Positions 10,044-21,742 are shown, counted from the first letter of the stretch. The stretch is DNA of 64,000 nucleotides from Aliiroseovarius sp. (GCF_965228805.1 NZ_CBDDIE010000003.1:511445-575444); one strand, 5' to 3'. The notes: generated by a model not told the origin, from the letters alone. Numbers and translations are program-made.

Positions 10044-10080
10044 TAAAAAAACGGCCCCGCGCGCAGTGCACGGGGCCGTT
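10044..10080 (-). terminator. Rho-independent terminator downstream of rpsA
   Basis: Plus strand aaaaaaacggccccgcgcgcagtgcacggggccgtt gives, on the minus transcript, a GC-rich hairpin followed by a U7 run. Confidence 0.6.
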
Positions 10081-10180
10081 GATCTTGTCACCTGAGCGGT
10101 GAAGGAGACTTAAAACACTACGCCCGTCAGCACGTGTCGTGGCGCTTCGGGAAACCTGCAAGCAGGCTCCCCGAACCGTT

Positions 10181-11860
10181 TTAGTTGTCGCCCTTCAGAG
10201 CCGCGCCCAGGATATCGCCGAGCGAGGCGCCCGAGTCCGAGGAACCGTACTGTTCAACGGCCTCTTTCTCTTCGGCGATCTCGCGGGCCTTGATCGACAG
10301 GCCCAGACGACGGGTCTTGTTGTCGACATTGGTGACGCGCACGTCGACCTTGTCGCCCACGCCGAAGCGCTCCGGGCGCTGCTCGGCACGGTCGCGCGAC
10401 AGGTCCGAACGGCGGATGAAGGATTTCATGCCTTCGTATTCCACCTCAACGCCACCGTCTTCGATCGCGGTCACTTCGACGGTGATGATCGAACCACGCT
10501 TCACGCCGCCCACGGCTTCGGCGAACTTGTCACCGCCCAGGGCTTTGATCGACAGCGAGATACGCTCCTTGTCGGTGTCCACTTCGGAGACCACGGCCTG
10601 AACCACGTCGCCCTTCTTGTATTCCTGGATGGCTTCTTCGCCACGCTGGTCCCAGGAGATGTCGGACAGGTGAACCATGCCGTCGATCTCGCCGTCGAGG
10701 CCGATGAACAGACCGAATTCGGTGATGTTCTTGACCTCGCCCTCGACCTCGGTGCCTTCCGGGTGGGTCTCGGCGAAGACTTCCCACGGGTTGCGCATGG
10801 TCTGCTTGAGACCCAGCGACACGCGGCGCTTGGCGCTGTCGATTTCCAGCACCATGACTTCGACTTCCTGCGAGGTCGACACGATCTTGCCGGGGTGCAC
10901 GTTCTTCTTGGTCCAGGACATTTCGGACACGTGGACCAGACCTTCGACGCCGGCTTCCAGCTCGACGAACGCACCGTAGTCGGTGATGTTCGTGACGCGA
11001 CCGGTGTGCACCGATTCCAGCGGGTACTTGGCGGCAACCAGATCCCACGGATCGTCCTGCAGCTGCTTCATGCCCAGCGAGATGCGGTGGGTTTCCTTGT
11101 TGATCTTGATGACCTGAACCTTGATGGTCTCGCCGATCGACAGGATTTCCGACGGGTGGTTCACACGGCGCCAGGCCATGTCGGTGACGTGCAGCAGGCC
11201 GTCGACACCGCCCAGGTCCACGAAGGCACCATATTCGGTGATGTTCTTGACGACACCGTCCACGGCCATGCCTTCGGCCAGCTTGCCGATGACCTCGGCG
11301 CGCTGTTCGGCGCGGCTTTCTTCCAGGATGGCGCGGCGCGAGACAACGATGTTGCCACGGCGACGGTCCATTTTCAGGATCTGGAACGGCTGCTTCAGAC
11401 CCATCAGCGGGCCCGCGTCACGCACGGGGCGCACGTCAACCTGCGAGCCGGGCAGGAAGGCCACGGCACCGCCCAGGTCGACAGTGAAGCCGCCCTTGAC
11501 GCGACCGAAGATCGCGCCTTCGACGCGCTGCTCGTCGGCATAGGCTTTTTCCAGGCGGTCCCAGGCTTCTTCGCGGCGGGCCATCTCACGCGAGATGACG
11601 GCTTCGCCACGGGCGTTCTCGGCGGCGCGCAGGTAGACTTCGACCTCGTCGCCAACGGCGATCTCGGGCGCTTCACCGGGATTTGCGAATTCCTTGACAT
11701 CCACGCGGCCTTCCATCTTGTAGCCGACGTCGATGATGGCTTGACCGGCCTCGATGGCGATGATCTTGCCTTTGACAACCGACCCTTCGGTCGGGGTGTC
11801 CATTTCGAAGCTTTCGTTAAGGAGGGCTTCGAATTCCTCCATGGTTGCTTTAGCGCACAT
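10181..11860 (-). CDS. rpsA: 30S ribosomal protein S1
   Basis: Six S1 RNA-binding repeats, 559 aa. Conserved cmk-rpsA-ihfB neighbourhood. Confidence 0.97.
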   Translation of the reverse strand: MCAKATMEEFEALLNESFEMDTPTEGSVVKGKIIAIEAGQAIIDVGYKMEGRVDVKEFANPGEAPEIAVGDEVEVYLRAAENARGEAVISREMARREEAWDRLEKAYADEQRVEGAIFGRVKGGFTVDLGGAVAFLPGSQVDVRPVRDAGPLMGLKQPFQILKMDRRRGNIVVSRRAILEESRAEQRAEVIGKLAEGMAVDGVVKNITEYGAFVDLGGVDGLLHVTDMAWRRVNHPSEILSIGETIKVQVIKINKETHRISLGMKQLQDDPWDLVAAKYPLESVHTGRVTNITDYGAFVELEAGVEGLVHVSEMSWTKKNVHPGKIVSTSQEVEVMVLEIDSAKRRVSLGLKQTMRNPWEVFAETHPEGTEVEGEVKNITEFGLFIGLDGEIDGMVHLSDISWDQRGEEAIQEYKKGDVVQAVVSEVDTDKERISLSIKALGGDKFAEAVGGVKRGSIITVEVTAIEDGGVEVEYEGMKSFIRRSDLSRDRAEQRPERFGVGDKVDVRVTNVDNKTRRLGLSIKAREIAEEKEAVEQYGSSDSGASLGDILGAALKGDN

Positions 11861-12152
11861 ACAGTTCAGTTTCCTTCATAGTCGCTATTCGGGCCATGCG
11901 GTTGTCTCCGCAGGTCTTTCAGGTTTCATTTGGCCGACAAGCCAGACGCAAAACAAAGAGGGCCGGTGAACCCGACCCTGCTCGATTTTCCCTGTATCGC
12001 GGCGTTTTCGCCTTGTCGACAGGGCGCGTGTAGACGGTTTTGCCCAACAAGACAAGGGGATTCGGGTCGTGGGGCACAGGGTGGCAAGGCACCGCTTTCC
12101 CGAATCCCGTCCGCCTGCCTATAGTGAGCCCAGTTCAACCACGGAGCGTTCG

Positions 12153-12824
12153 ATGGACTACCAGTTCTCCGCCCCCGACCTGGTCGGGCACCTGTCCTTC
12201 CTGATGCTGGTCCTGGCGATGACCATGCGCTCGATGTGGAAGCTCAGGGTGATGGTGGCCGCCTCGGCCATTCTGGCGATCACCTATGACTTCTTCTGGC
12301 TGGCCGATCCCGCGAACCTTTTGTGGCAGGGGGTACTGCTGATCACCGTGCTGGTGATGCTCGCCCTGCGCTGGCGCGCCGGGCGGGACGTGGGCTTTAC
12401 CGAAGAGGAGCGGGCGCTGCTCGACACCGCCCTGCACGGGTTGAAACCCCAGGATGCGCGGCGGCTGCTGTCCGAGGGGATCTGGGCCAGCGGCAAACCG
12501 GGCGCCGCACTGACCGAGCAGGGCAAACCGGTGCTGTTCCTGACCTGGCTGGCCGAGGGCGAAGCCGACGTGATCTGCGACGCCCAGGAGCTGGGCCACG
12601 TGCACGCGGGCAGCTTCGTGGGCGAGATGTCCCTGCTGGAAGGCACCGCCGCCAGCGCCACCGTGACCCTGACCACCCCCGCGCGGTATTGGATGATCCC
12701 GGCCATCAAGCTGCGCGACCTGAAACGCGACGAGCCCGAAATCTGGGCCAGCGTCGAAGCGGCGCTGAGCCGCGACCTGGGCCGCAAACTGCGCGAGATG
12801 AACGCGGGGGCAGTGGCGGGTTAA
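12153..12824 (+). CDS. Membrane protein with C-terminal cyclic-nucleotide-binding (cNMP/Popeye-like) domain
   Basis: Three N-terminal TM helices, then a CAP-family cNMP-binding signature (…GSFVGEMSLLEG…). Start at ATG 12153 (MDYQFS). Confidence 0.55.
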   Translation: MDYQFSAPDLVGHLSFLMLVLAMTMRSMWKLRVMVAASAILAITYDFFWLADPANLLWQGVLLITVLVMLALRWRAGRDVGFTEEERALLDTALHGLKPQDARRLLSEGIWASGKPGAALTEQGKPVLFLTWLAEGEADVICDAQELGHVHAGSFVGEMSLLEGTAASATVTLTTPARYWMIPAIKLRDLKRDEPEIWASVEAALSRDLGRKLREMNAGAVAG

Positions 12825-13552
12825 GCGCGCCGTCTTCGAAGGCCAAGTGCGCCTGCCGCTCCGAACCCAAACACCCCACCGAACACCAGGCTGCTGAGAG
12901 TGAGCGCGACAGGCGCCCCCGCAAAGGCAAGGATCGCAAAGAGAAAAAGGCAAAGCACACCTGCGGAACCCACCGCGCAAATACCCAACAACAGGCGGAT
13001 CCAAACTGGCCAAGTTGCGCCGACACCGAAGCTCAGGAAACCTGCAACAAACAGGATAAACGCAGCCAGGCCTGCAAGAATCAAAGCCACGGCAGGTTGG
13101 TAGCGCAGCTGCACCCAAATCAGCGACAAAGTACTTCTTCGCCCTTCGTCCCTGCGCATCATGCCCCAGGCGTGGTGCGATGGGGGTTCAAAGGCCCACC
13201 GCGCTTCGCGAACCTCCGGAGCATCCCCAACGATCCGCGCACCCTTGGCAAATGACGGCGGATGCGGGGTGACAACCTCGCCCGTCTCCACGTCCAGAAC
13301 CGAACAACCGTCTGCCTCAAACGGGACCGTTTGATAGGAGACGTTTTCATAGGCCCATAGAAGCCCCTGGGCATCGAGCACGATCAAGGCGCGTGGGTCA
13401 GGGCCGATGATCCCGTCTCCGTAAAGAAACGTCACGCGAAACCCGCCGTCCAACCCGCAGGACCATCGCTGGTCAATATAGGGCGAGTGCGCCGTCGCAA
13501 CTTGCGGCAGAAAGAGCGCAAACACCCAAAGGATGTTGCGCAACAAGTTCAC
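12821..13552 (-). CDS. Hypothetical membrane protein
   Basis: Signal peptide plus C-terminal multi-TM region. Start overlaps the cmk stop (operonic). Confidence 0.45.
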   Translation of the reverse strand: MNLLRNILWVFALFLPQVATAHSPYIDQRWSCGLDGGFRVTFLYGDGIIGPDPRALIVLDAQGLLWAYENVSYQTVPFEADGCSVLDVETGEVVTPHPPSFAKGARIVGDAPEVREARWAFEPPSHHAWGMMRRDEGRRSTLSLIWVQLRYQPAVALILAGLAAFILFVAGFLSFGVGATWPVWIRLLLGICAVGSAGVLCLFLFAILAFAGAPVALTLSSLVFGGVFGFGAAGALGLRRRRA

Positions 13553-14151
13553 CGTCGCGCCTCCACGGCCGCCACAGCCGCCGCGACAGCCTCGTCAATC
13601 GACATACCAGAAGTGTCGATCGTCACCGCATCCTCGGCAGGTTTCAGCGGCGCCTCTTCGCGTTCACTGTCGCGCTTGTCGCGGGCGACCACGTCTTGAA
13701 GCACCTGGGCCAGCGTGGTGTTGTGGCCCTTGCCGGTCAGCTCCAGGAACCGCCGTTCGGCGCGCACCTCGGCCGAGGCGGTGACGAAGAGTTTCACCGG
13801 CGCATCCGGGCAGATCACCGTGCCAATGTCGCGCCCGTCCAGCACCGCGCCGCCGTCGCGGGCGGCGAAATTGCGTTGAAACTCCACCAGGGCCGCGCGC
13901 ACGTCGGGGATGACGGCCACGCGGCTGGCGGCCTGAGCGACCTCGGGCGTGCGCAGCTTGCCGCCCAGATCAGCGGGGGTCAGACCACGCGCCGCCGCGA
14001 CCGGGTCGGCCCCGCTCAGCACCTTGGCCCCGACCGCGCGATACAGAAGCCCCGTGTCCAGATGGGCAAAGCCGAAATGCGCCGCCACGGCCTTGGAGAT
14101 CGTACCCTTGCCCGCCGCCGCCGGCCCGTCGATGGCTACTGTGAATGTCAT
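13549..14151 (-). CDS. cmk: Cytidylate kinase
   Basis: P-loop [12 protein letters not shown]. Start placed at [10 protein letters not shown] (ATGA overlap with the upstream ORF). Confidence 0.9.
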   Translation of the reverse strand: MTFTVAIDGPAAAGKGTISKAVAAHFGFAHLDTGLLYRAVGAKVLSGADPVAAARGLTPADLGGKLRTPEVAQAASRVAVIPDVRAALVEFQRNFAARDGGAVLDGRDIGTVICPDAPVKLFVTASAEVRAERRFLELTGKGHNTTLAQVLQDVVARDKRDSEREEAPLKPAEDAVTIDTSGMSIDEAVAAAVAAVEARR

Positions 14152-14654
14152 GCTGCCCTCCGCTTCAATCGCCTGCGCCACAGCCCGGCTGCCAGGATGG
14201 CCAAGGTCAGCCCCATTGCGACGAATTTTAACCTGGTCCAGCCCCAGGCCGCTGCCGTCATGGCTTCGGTGACGTGATGCGGCTCCCCCCGCAGCATCAC
14301 CGAAACCGCTGCGTTTTCAAGCCAATCGAATGTCGCAGTCACCAGGGGAAGCGGTGTAAGTAGCCAGGCCAATCCGCGCGGAAACAGCAGGTGATAGGCC
14401 AGGATGAGTGTCACCGCCAACAGCCCCAGGAACACCCGGTCCAGCGCATGCTGTACTTCGGCGTAGAACCTGCGCCCCTCCGCCCCCAGCGCTTTCAGGT
14501 AAGGCTCCGCCCCCACCACGTCATAGGGTTTGAAGCGGATGTCGAACGGAAGGGTGCAATCGACGATCAGCTTGGGAATAGTCCCGACAGCCATTGCAAG
14601 GTAGGTCGCCGCCATCAGGGCGAAGACCACCCAGAAGGCACGGCGCAAGGTCAT
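14148..14654 (-). CDS. Hypothetical integral membrane protein
   Basis: Four or more TM helices. Translationally coupled between aroA and cmk. Confidence 0.5.
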   Translation of the reverse strand: MTLRRAFWVVFALMAATYLAMAVGTIPKLIVDCTLPFDIRFKPYDVVGAEPYLKALGAEGRRFYAEVQHALDRVFLGLLAVTLILAYHLLFPRGLAWLLTPLPLVTATFDWLENAAVSVMLRGEPHHVTEAMTAAAWGWTRLKFVAMGLTLAILAAGLWRRRLKRRAA

Positions 14655-16003
14655 GCGTTGGACCGCACCAGCTGCGCGCCGAGCCCGGCCATCAGCGGCT
14701 CGAAGATCGGGAAGGACGTCGCGATCGGCCCGCCGTCATCGACGCTGACCGGCTTCTGCGACGCCATGCCCAGACACATGAAGCTCATCGCGATGCGGTG
14801 GTCCAGGTGGCTGGCCGCCGTGCCGCCGCCGGGCACGTTTCCCGCGCCCAGGCCGGTGACGATCCACCAGTCATCGCCATCCTCGACGGTGACACCGTTG
14901 GCGCGCAGACCGGAGGCCATCGCCTCGATCCGGTCGCTTTCCTTGACGCGCAGCTCCTTCACGCCGCGCATGACGGTCTGGCCCTGGGCGTTCGCCGCCA
15001 CCACGGACAGCACCGGGTATTCGTCGATCATCGAGGCCGCACGCTCCGGCGGCACCTCGATGCCCTGCATGTTCGGGCTGTATTTCGCGCGCAGGTCGGC
15101 GACCGGTTCGCCGCCCTCTTCGCGCATGTTCTCATAGGTCAGGTCCGCGCCCATGTCGCGCAGCGTGTCGAACAGGCCCGCGCGGGTCGGGTTGAGGCCG
15201 ATATTCGGCACCAGCACGTCCGAGCCGGGCACGATCAGCGCGGCGCAGACCGGGAAGGCGGCGGAGGACGGGTCGCGCGGCACGACGATGTCCTGCGGTT
15301 TCAGCTCGGGCTGGCCGGTCAGCGTAATGACGCGGCCCTCATCGGTGTCTTCGACCGTGATCTCGGCGCCGAAACCCGCCAGCATGCGTTCGGTATGGTC
15401 GCGGGTCGCTTCCTTCTCGATCACCACGGTCTGGCCGGGGGCGTTCAGACCGGCGAGCAGCACGGCGGATTTCACCTGCGCCGATGGCATCGGCACCACG
15501 TAGCGCACCGGCACCGGGTCGGCGGCGCCCACCACGGTCATCGGCAGGCGGCCACCCTCGCGGCCCACGGATTGCGCGCCGAAGAGTTCCATCGGATCGG
15601 TCACCCGGCCCATCGGGCGCGAGCGTAGCGAGGCGTCGCCGGTAAAGGTCGCGGTAATGCCGGTGGTGGCCATGGTCCCCATGATCAGGCGCACGCCGGT
15701 GCCCGCATTGCCGCAGTCGATCACGTCCTCGGGCTCGGCAAAGCCGCCGACGCCTACGCCATTAACGCGCCATTCGCCCGGGCCCAGATGCTCGACCTCG
15801 GCACCGAAAGCACGCATCGCTTCGGCGGTGGCCAGAACGTCTTCACCTTCCAGCAGGCCTTCGATCCGGGTTTCGCCGACGGACAGCGCGCCCAGGATCA
15901 GGCTGCGGTGCGAGATCGACTTGTCGCCGGGCACATGGGCCTCGCCCTTCAGGGGGCCGCAGGGGCGCGAGGTCATGGGAATGGCGGGGCCGTGTCCGGA
16001 CAT
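14651..16003 (-). CDS. aroA: 3-phosphoshikimate 1-carboxyvinyltransferase (EPSP synthase)
   Basis: [13 protein letters not shown]… Full-length AroA, 450 aa. Confidence 0.95.
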   Translation of the reverse strand: MSGHGPAIPMTSRPCGPLKGEAHVPGDKSISHRSLILGALSVGETRIEGLLEGEDVLATAEAMRAFGAEVEHLGPGEWRVNGVGVGGFAEPEDVIDCGNAGTGVRLIMGTMATTGITATFTGDASLRSRPMGRVTDPMELFGAQSVGREGGRLPMTVVGAADPVPVRYVVPMPSAQVKSAVLLAGLNAPGQTVVIEKEATRDHTERMLAGFGAEITVEDTDEGRVITLTGQPELKPQDIVVPRDPSSAAFPVCAALIVPGSDVLVPNIGLNPTRAGLFDTLRDMGADLTYENMREEGGEPVADLRAKYSPNMQGIEVPPERAASMIDEYPVLSVVAANAQGQTVMRGVKELRVKESDRIEAMASGLRANGVTVEDGDDWWIVTGLGAGNVPGGGTAASHLDHRIAMSFMCLGMASQKPVSVDDGGPIATSFPIFEPLMAGLGAQLVRSNA

Positions 16004-16188
16004 GGGGTTCCTCCTGTAGTTACAGGGCTGATAAAACGTTTCACGATGAATCGAAAGTGCTGGTTTTCGTGAAACGTTTCCACCCTATCAAGGTTGCGTG
16101 CGCTTCGACATCACCTCCGTGCCGGAGTTGATCCCGAAACGCTTTGCGCACACATGGACGCCAAACCAGCCCCGCGACGCCAATTTTC

Positions 16189-16911
16189 TCAGATGCGACG
16201 GAAGGTGAGGTAATGGGGTGTGCGCCCTTCGCGCAGCGCCTTCTGCTCATAACGCGTGGAGATCCAGTCACCCCAGGGCTTGCGCCAATCCTCCGGCCCC
16301 TCGGCCAGCCATTCGAACCCGGCCCTGGGCACCTCTTCCAAGGTCTGGCGCACATAGTCGGGAATGTCGGTGGCGACGCGGAACTCGGCACCCGGCTTCA
16401 GCACGCGGTGCAGCGGCTCCAGGTGTTCGGGCGTGACGAAGCGACGGCGGTGGTGGCGCTTCTTGGGCCAGGGATCGGGGTAGAGCAGGAAGGCTTTCGA
16501 GATGCTTTCATCCGGCAGCACGTCGAACATGTCGCGCGCATCGCCCGGGTGCACGGCCACATTGTCGACCTCGGCCTTGCGCAGCTTGCCCAGGAGCATG
16601 GCGACGCCGTTGATGAAGGGCTCGCAGCCGATGATGCCGACATCCCGGTTCTGGGCGGCCTGGTGCACCATGTGCTCGCCGCCGCCAAAGCCGACCTCCA
16701 GCCACACCGGCTTGTCGCCGAACAGACCGGGCAGGTCGATCGGGATGCGGTCGGGGTTTTCCTCCCAGCCCACCGCGCCGGGCGACAGCGCCGCCAGGTC
16801 CTCGTCCAGATAGGCCTGCTGGCTGTCACGCAGCCCCTTGGCCTTGAAGCGACCATAGAAATTGCGCCAGGGCGCGCCGGAGGGATGGTTTTTCGGGCGT
16901 TCGTCAGTCAT
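16189..16911 (-). CDS. trmB: tRNA (guanine46-N7)-methyltransferase
   Basis: TrmB motifs (LEVGFGGGEH, DPWPKKRHHRRR). Start assigned to MTDERPK; the ORF is open to 16947. Confidence 0.88.
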   Translation of the reverse strand: MTDERPKNHPSGAPWRNFYGRFKAKGLRDSQQAYLDEDLAALSPGAVGWEENPDRIPIDLPGLFGDKPVWLEVGFGGGEHMVHQAAQNRDVGIIGCEPFINGVAMLLGKLRKAEVDNVAVHPGDARDMFDVLPDESISKAFLLYPDPWPKKRHHRRRFVTPEHLEPLHRVLKPGAEFRVATDIPDYVRQTLEEVPRAGFEWLAEGPEDWRKPWGDWISTRYEQKALREGRTPHYLTFRRI

Positions 16912-17107
16912 GGCAGGGCCTATGCAATGCTGGGACGCGCGGGTCAATAGGCGGCGGCAGGCGGCGCGGGTTGATCAGGCGTTCTGTGCATTTCTGCGGA
17001 ATGTCTGTCAAATCCTGATGAGTTCCCATTTTTACACACAAAAATATCTTGCCCTCAACGCCGTCGAACGAGGGCGCCCGAACAAACAGATCTCAGGACA
17101 AAGACAC

Positions 17108-17539
17108 ATGACCAACCTGCAAAACCTCGCCGCCCCGACCGGGCGCCTTCTGCTGGCCTTCATCTTCATCATGGCTGGCGCACAGAAGATCACCGGATAT
17201 GTCGGCACCCAGGGCTACATGGAAATGATGGGCGTGCCCGGCGCGCTTCTGCCGCTTGTCATCCTTACCGAGCTGGGCGGTGGCATCGCCCTGGCGCTGG
17301 GATGGCAGAACTGCCTGACCGCCTTTGCGCTGGCGGGGTTCAGCCTGATCTCGGGCGTGCTGTTCCATGTCATCCCCTCCTTCGGCCTGGACGGCATGCA
17401 GGCACAGGGCGAGATGATCAATTTCATGAAGAACGTCAGCATCGCCGGCGGCATGTTGATGCTGGTCTCGCTGGGGGGCGGTGCCTACGCGCTGGACAAC
17501 CTCAAGGCCCGGCGGCGGGGCGTCACGGCGGCAGCCTGA
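17108..17539 (+). CDS. DoxX family membrane protein
   Basis: Four TM helices typical of DoxX (…LLLAFIFIMAGAQKI…). Start at MTNLQ. Confidence 0.8.
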   Translation: MTNLQNLAAPTGRLLLAFIFIMAGAQKITGYVGTQGYMEMMGVPGALLPLVILTELGGGIALALGWQNCLTAFALAGFSLISGVLFHVIPSFGLDGMQAQGEMINFMKNVSIAGGMLMLVSLGGGAYALDNLKARRRGVTAAA

Positions 17540-17576
17540 GCCGAGGCCCCGCGCAGGCGGGGGCGAGAGATAAAGC

Positions 17577-17602
17577 GAGGGGCGGCCAAATGGCCGCCCC
17601 TC
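17577..17602. terminator. Bidirectional hairpin terminator between DoxX gene and metK
   Basis: Perfect palindrome gaggggcggccaaatggccgcccctc between convergent genes. Confidence 0.55.
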
Positions 17603-17627
17603 TCAATTTGACAGTGCCCGAAACCGG

Positions 17628-18794
17628 TCAGACTGCTTTCTTCAGCGCCTCGACCAGGTCGGTGCGCTCCCAGGAGAAGCCGCCATCGGCCTCCGGCGCG
17701 CGACCGAAGTGGCCGTAGGCCGCGGTGCGCTGGAAGATCGGCTTGTTCATGCCCAGATGCTCACGAATGCCGCGCGGGGTCAGGTCCATGACGCTGTCGA
17801 CGGCTTTCTCGATCTCGGCCTCATGCACCTGGCCGGTGCCGTGGGTGTCGACATAGATCGACAGCGGGCGCGAAACGCCAATGGCGTAGCTGAGCTGCAG
17901 CGTGCAACGCTCGGCCATGCCGGCGGCCACGACGTTCTTGGCCAGGTAGCGCGCGGCATAGGCTGCGGAACGGTCCACCTTGGTCGGATCCTTGCCCGAA
18001 AACGCCCCGCCGCCATGCGGTGCCGCGCCGCCATAGGTGTCGACGATGATCTTGCGCCCGGTCAGGCCCGCGTCGCCGTCCGGCCCGCCGATCACGAACT
18101 TGCCGGTCGGGTTCACGTGCCATTCAGTGCCGCCGTTGATCCAGCTGTCGGGCAGAATCTCGCGAATGTAAGGCTCGACGATGGCGCGCACGTCATCGCT
18201 GGACAGGCTCTCGTCCAGGTGTTGGGTCGACAGCACGATCGAGGTCGCTTCAACCGGTTTGCCGTTCTCGTAACGCAGGCTCAGCTGGCTCTTGGCATCC
18301 GGGCCCAGGGCGGATTCGATACCGTTCTTGCGGACCTCGGCCAGACGTTGCAGGATCGCGTGGCTGTACAGAATGGGCGCGGGCATCAGCGCCTCGGTCT
18401 CGGTGGTGGCGTAGCCGAACATGATACCCTGGTCGCCAGCGCCTTCGTCCTTGTTCTCGCCCCCGTCCACGCCCTGGGCGATATCGGCCGATTGCGCGTG
18501 CAGGAAGTTGTCCACGGTCATGTTGGCCCAGTGAAAGCCCTTCTGCTCGTACCCGATGTCCTTGACGCAGGCGCGCGCGATTTCCTCGACGCGCTGAATG
18601 ACGCTGGCGGGTCCGCGGACCTCGCCGCCGATCACGACCCGATCGGTCGTGGCAAAGGTTTCACAGGCCACGCGCGCCTGGGGATCCTCAGCCAGGAAGG
18701 CGTCCAGCACCGCATCGGAAATGCGGTCGCAAACCTTGTCCGGGTGTCCCTCGGATACGCTCTCCGAAGTGAATACATAGTTCTGTCGTGTCAT
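17628..18794 (-). CDS. metK: S-adenosylmethionine synthetase
   Basis: [30 protein letters not shown]. Start at MTRQNY. Confidence 0.96.
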   Translation of the reverse strand: MTRQNYVFTSESVSEGHPDKVCDRISDAVLDAFLAEDPQARVACETFATTDRVVIGGEVRGPASVIQRVEEIARACVKDIGYEQKGFHWANMTVDNFLHAQSADIAQGVDGGENKDEGAGDQGIMFGYATTETEALMPAPILYSHAILQRLAEVRKNGIESALGPDAKSQLSLRYENGKPVEATSIVLSTQHLDESLSSDDVRAIVEPYIREILPDSWINGGTEWHVNPTGKFVIGGPDGDAGLTGRKIIVDTYGGAAPHGGGAFSGKDPTKVDRSAAYAARYLAKNVVAAGMAERCTLQLSYAIGVSRPLSIYVDTHGTGQVHEAEIEKAVDSVMDLTPRGIREHLGMNKPIFQRTAAYGHFGRAPEADGGFSWERTDLVEALKKAV

Positions 18795-18862
18795 GTGAAG
18801 TGCTCCATTAACCATGCCCCGCCACGCCAGGAAGCCGTTGTGACGGGTGTGATCCGTTCGCG

Positions 18863-20353
18863 TTACATCCGCCCTGCGCCAGCGTCAATCACATTTCGTT
18901 GCCGCCGGAGGATGAACCCCAGACCGCCGCATAGCAGCAGCAGGATTAACGGCAGGTTACCCCAGCGCGAATAGATCGTTTCAGGCAGGGCCGCAGGCAG
19001 GGCTGCGTCAATATGACCAGCCCGTCCCAACCCCAAAGAGGCCAACACGCGCCCATCCGGCGCGATCACCGCGCTGATCCCGGTATTGGCGGCGCGCACG
19101 AAGGGCAGCCCCATCTCCACCGCGCGCATACGCGCCTGGGCCAGGTGCTGCTGCGGCCCCGAAAACGTGCCGAACCAGGCGTCATTGGTGATCTGCAGGA
19201 TCCAGCCCGCCCGTTCGGAGACCGCGCGCAGGTCGCGGGCAAAGATCGCCTCATAACAGATCAGCGGCAGGGCCGTGCCTGCGTCGCCAAGGTCAAGAAG
19301 CCGCGCACCCGGGCCGGGCGAATAGCCATAGCCGCGCTGCGAGGCAAAGGCGGTGATGCCCACCGTCGCCAAGACATTGCCGCCGGGGATGTACTCGCCA
19401 AAGGGCACCAGATGCGCCTTGTCATAAACATCCTGCAGCGCACCATCCGCACCGATGACAGCCATGGAGTTGTAATAGCGACCCGCCTCGGCGCGCTGGA
19501 TGCCCAGCACCACCGGGGCCTGCGCCGCCTCTGCAGCGCGGCGCAACACCGGATCAGCATGGCGCAGCAGATAGGGCAGCGCGGTTTCGGGCCAGATCAC
19601 CAGATCGGGGCGCCGCTCCGCCGGGGCGGCGGAATACGCGATCTGCCGTTCGACAAATTCCAACGCGTGATCGGGATCCCACTTGAGGTGCTGGGCAGCA
19701 TTGGGCTGCACCAGGCGCAGGACGATGTCGGTATTGCTCACCGGCACCTCACGCAGGCTGCCACCCAGCCAGGCCAAACCCAGCGCGGCGATGGCCAAAC
19801 CAGCCGCCAGTCGTCGGGTTGCCAGCGCCATCGCAAGGCCGAAAGTCAGGAAGGTCAGCCCCGCCGCTCCGATAAAGGCCGCGCTCTGCGCAACCGGCGT
19901 GTCGATCCACACCAGGCCCGGCTCGCCCCAGGGAAAGCCGGTGAACAGCCAGCCGCGCAGCAGTTCCGCGGCGCTCATGAGGAAAGGCCAGGACCAGCGG
20001 CCGAACCGCGCGGACAGACCCGAAGCCACGCCCCAGAACAGCGCAAGCCCCCCCGCCATCAACACAATGGCAAAGGGCGCCATCCAGCCGTGGCGCCAGG
20101 GGTCTACAAAAAAGGGCTGCACGATCCAGATCAGCGTAAGCGCGAAATAGCCCGCCCCCAGCGCCCAGCCACGACCGGCAGCCATGCGCCAGCCTTCGGC
20201 GCGGCTGATCAGCCAAACGCCGACTGCCAGCCCCAGAACCGTCGCGGGCCACAGCCCGAACGGTGCCTGGCCCAGCGCCGCCGCGGCCCCGGCCAGCCCC
20301 GCCCAGAGCACGCCGCGCTCAGGCCTCAGGTTACCCTTCGGTCGCCACGCCAC
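18863..20353 (-). CDS. lnt: Apolipoprotein N-acyltransferase
   Basis: N-terminal multi-TM region plus C-terminal CN-hydrolase domain. Last gene of the ybeZ-ybeY-corC-lnt operon. Confidence 0.9.
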   Translation of the reverse strand: MAWRPKGNLRPERGVLWAGLAGAAAALGQAPFGLWPATVLGLAVGVWLISRAEGWRMAAGRGWALGAGYFALTLIWIVQPFFVDPWRHGWMAPFAIVLMAGGLALFWGVASGLSARFGRWSWPFLMSAAELLRGWLFTGFPWGEPGLVWIDTPVAQSAAFIGAAGLTFLTFGLAMALATRRLAAGLAIAALGLAWLGGSLREVPVSNTDIVLRLVQPNAAQHLKWDPDHALEFVERQIAYSAAPAERRPDLVIWPETALPYLLRHADPVLRRAAEAAQAPVVLGIQRAEAGRYYNSMAVIGADGALQDVYDKAHLVPFGEYIPGGNVLATVGITAFASQRGYGYSPGPGARLLDLGDAGTALPLICYEAIFARDLRAVSERAGWILQITNDAWFGTFSGPQQHLAQARMRAVEMGLPFVRAANTGISAVIAPDGRVLASLGLGRAGHIDAALPAALPETIYSRWGNLPLILLLLCGGLGFILRRQRNVIDAGAGRM

Positions 20354-21248
20354 CGTGCAACCTTACGCGCAATCGCTTGATCCGACGCGGATCGGCATCG
20401 ACCACCTCGAACTCCACACCTTCGGGATGGGGGATCATCTCGCCCCGCGCGGGCACGTGCCCGGACAGCAGGAAGACCAACCCGCCCAGGGTGTCGACCT
20501 CCTCGTCATCCTCATCCATCCCATGCAGGCGCATACCGATTTCGGCCTCGAACTCCTCCAGCGGCGCCTTGGCCTCGGCCAGGTAGCAGCCGGGTTTCTC
20601 GGCCACCCAGAGCGCACCTTCCTCAAGGTCGTGCTCATCCTCGATCTCACCAATGACCTGTTCGATCAGGTCCTCGATGGTCACCAGCCCGTCCACGCCG
20701 CCATATTCGTCGATCACCAAGGCCATGTGGATACGTTCTGCCTGCATCTTCTGCAGCAGAACCCCGATCGGCATGGAGGGCGGCACGTATTGCAACGGAC
20801 GCAGCAACCCGCGCAGGTCATATTCGGCGCCGGAACCGTTGAACCCGTGGCCCAGCGCGAAATCCTTCAGGTGGACGAAGCCGCAGGGACTGTCCAAAGT
20901 GCCCTCGAACACCGGCAGACGGGTCAGGCCGCTGTCGCGAAACAGCTCCACCAACTCGTCCTTTTCGATCTCCACGGGGGCCGAAACAATCTCGGCCTTG
21001 GGCACCGCGACATCCTCGACCCGCATGCGTCGCAGGTTCATCATGCCCGGTGCGGGCGTCACATGGGCGGGCTCCGGCGCCTCCGGCACCTCCTCGCCCG
21101 CGTCCGAGGGGCTGAGCGCCCCGATGATCCGGCTGAAAAAGCCGTGCTGACTGTCGTCATCCTGAACCGGCGCGCCCCGCGCCGCCGCAGACGATCCCTC
21201 GATACTGTCGCCCATCTTTCCTTTCCACCGGCGCGGAATTGCGCCCAC
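20331..21248 (-). CDS. corC: HlyC/CorC family transporter-associated protein (CBS pair + CorC_HlyC domain)
   Basis: CBS-domain pair and a C-terminal transporter-associated domain. Conserved operon position. Confidence 0.85.
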   Translation of the reverse strand: MGAIPRRWKGKMGDSIEGSSAAARGAPVQDDDSQHGFFSRIIGALSPSDAGEEVPEAPEPAHVTPAPGMMNLRRMRVEDVAVPKAEIVSAPVEIEKDELVELFRDSGLTRLPVFEGTLDSPCGFVHLKDFALGHGFNGSGAEYDLRGLLRPLQYVPPSMPIGVLLQKMQAERIHMALVIDEYGGVDGLVTIEDLIEQVIGEIEDEHDLEEGALWVAEKPGCYLAEAKAPLEEFEAEIGMRLHGMDEDDEEVDTLGGLVFLLSGHVPARGEMIPHPEGVEFEVVDADPRRIKRLRVRLHGGVATEG

Positions 21249-21742
21249 TAACCTTCATATGGGTTCGAAATCCCCAGATTGCCAAGGATTTCCACCTCCA
21301 AACCTTCCATCAACCCTGCATCTTTGTCGTTAATGTGGTCATAACCCAACAGATGCAGGGTGCCATGGACCAGCAAATGGGTCACATGGATGTCGAATGC
21401 CTTACCCTGTTCGGCGGCCTCCCGCGCACAGGTCTCGTAGGCAATTGCGATGTCCCCCAGCTCCAGCGGTTCCCCCGGAAAGTCGGGTTCGGCCCGTTCT
21501 GGCGCCTCCCCCGGCGCCTCTGCCCCGCGTTCCTCCGACGGCCAGGAGAGCACGTTGGTCGCCTTGCCCTTGTCACGAAATTCCCCATTCAACTCGGCAA
21601 TGCGCGCATCGTCACAGGCCAGCAAGGACACGTCCCACTCCTCGCCATAGCCCAGGTGCGCCATCACGGCACCACAGGCCCGCGCGGCCAGAGCCTCCAG
21701 CCCGTCCCAGCGCGCATCTTCCAGAACCAGATCGACAGTCAT
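21248..21742 (-). CDS. ybeY: rRNA maturation RNase YbeY
   Basis: HxxxHxxxxxH zinc motif (HLLVHGTLHLLGYDH). Start at MTVDLVLE. Confidence 0.9.
   Translation of the reverse strand: MTVDLVLEDARWDGLEALAARACGAVMAHLGYGEEWDVSLLACDDARIAELNGEFRDKGKATNVLSWPSEERGAEAPGEAPERAEPDFPGEPLELGDIAIAYETCAREAAEQGKAFDIHVTHLLVHGTLHLLGYDHINDKDAGLMEGLEVEILGNLGISNPYEG

Noticed and set aside
10139-11881. 580-aa plus-strand ORF
   Set aside because: Antisense shadow of rpsA.
17709-20380. Long plus-strand ORFs 17709..18974 and 19013..20380
   Set aside because: Antisense shadows of metK and lnt.
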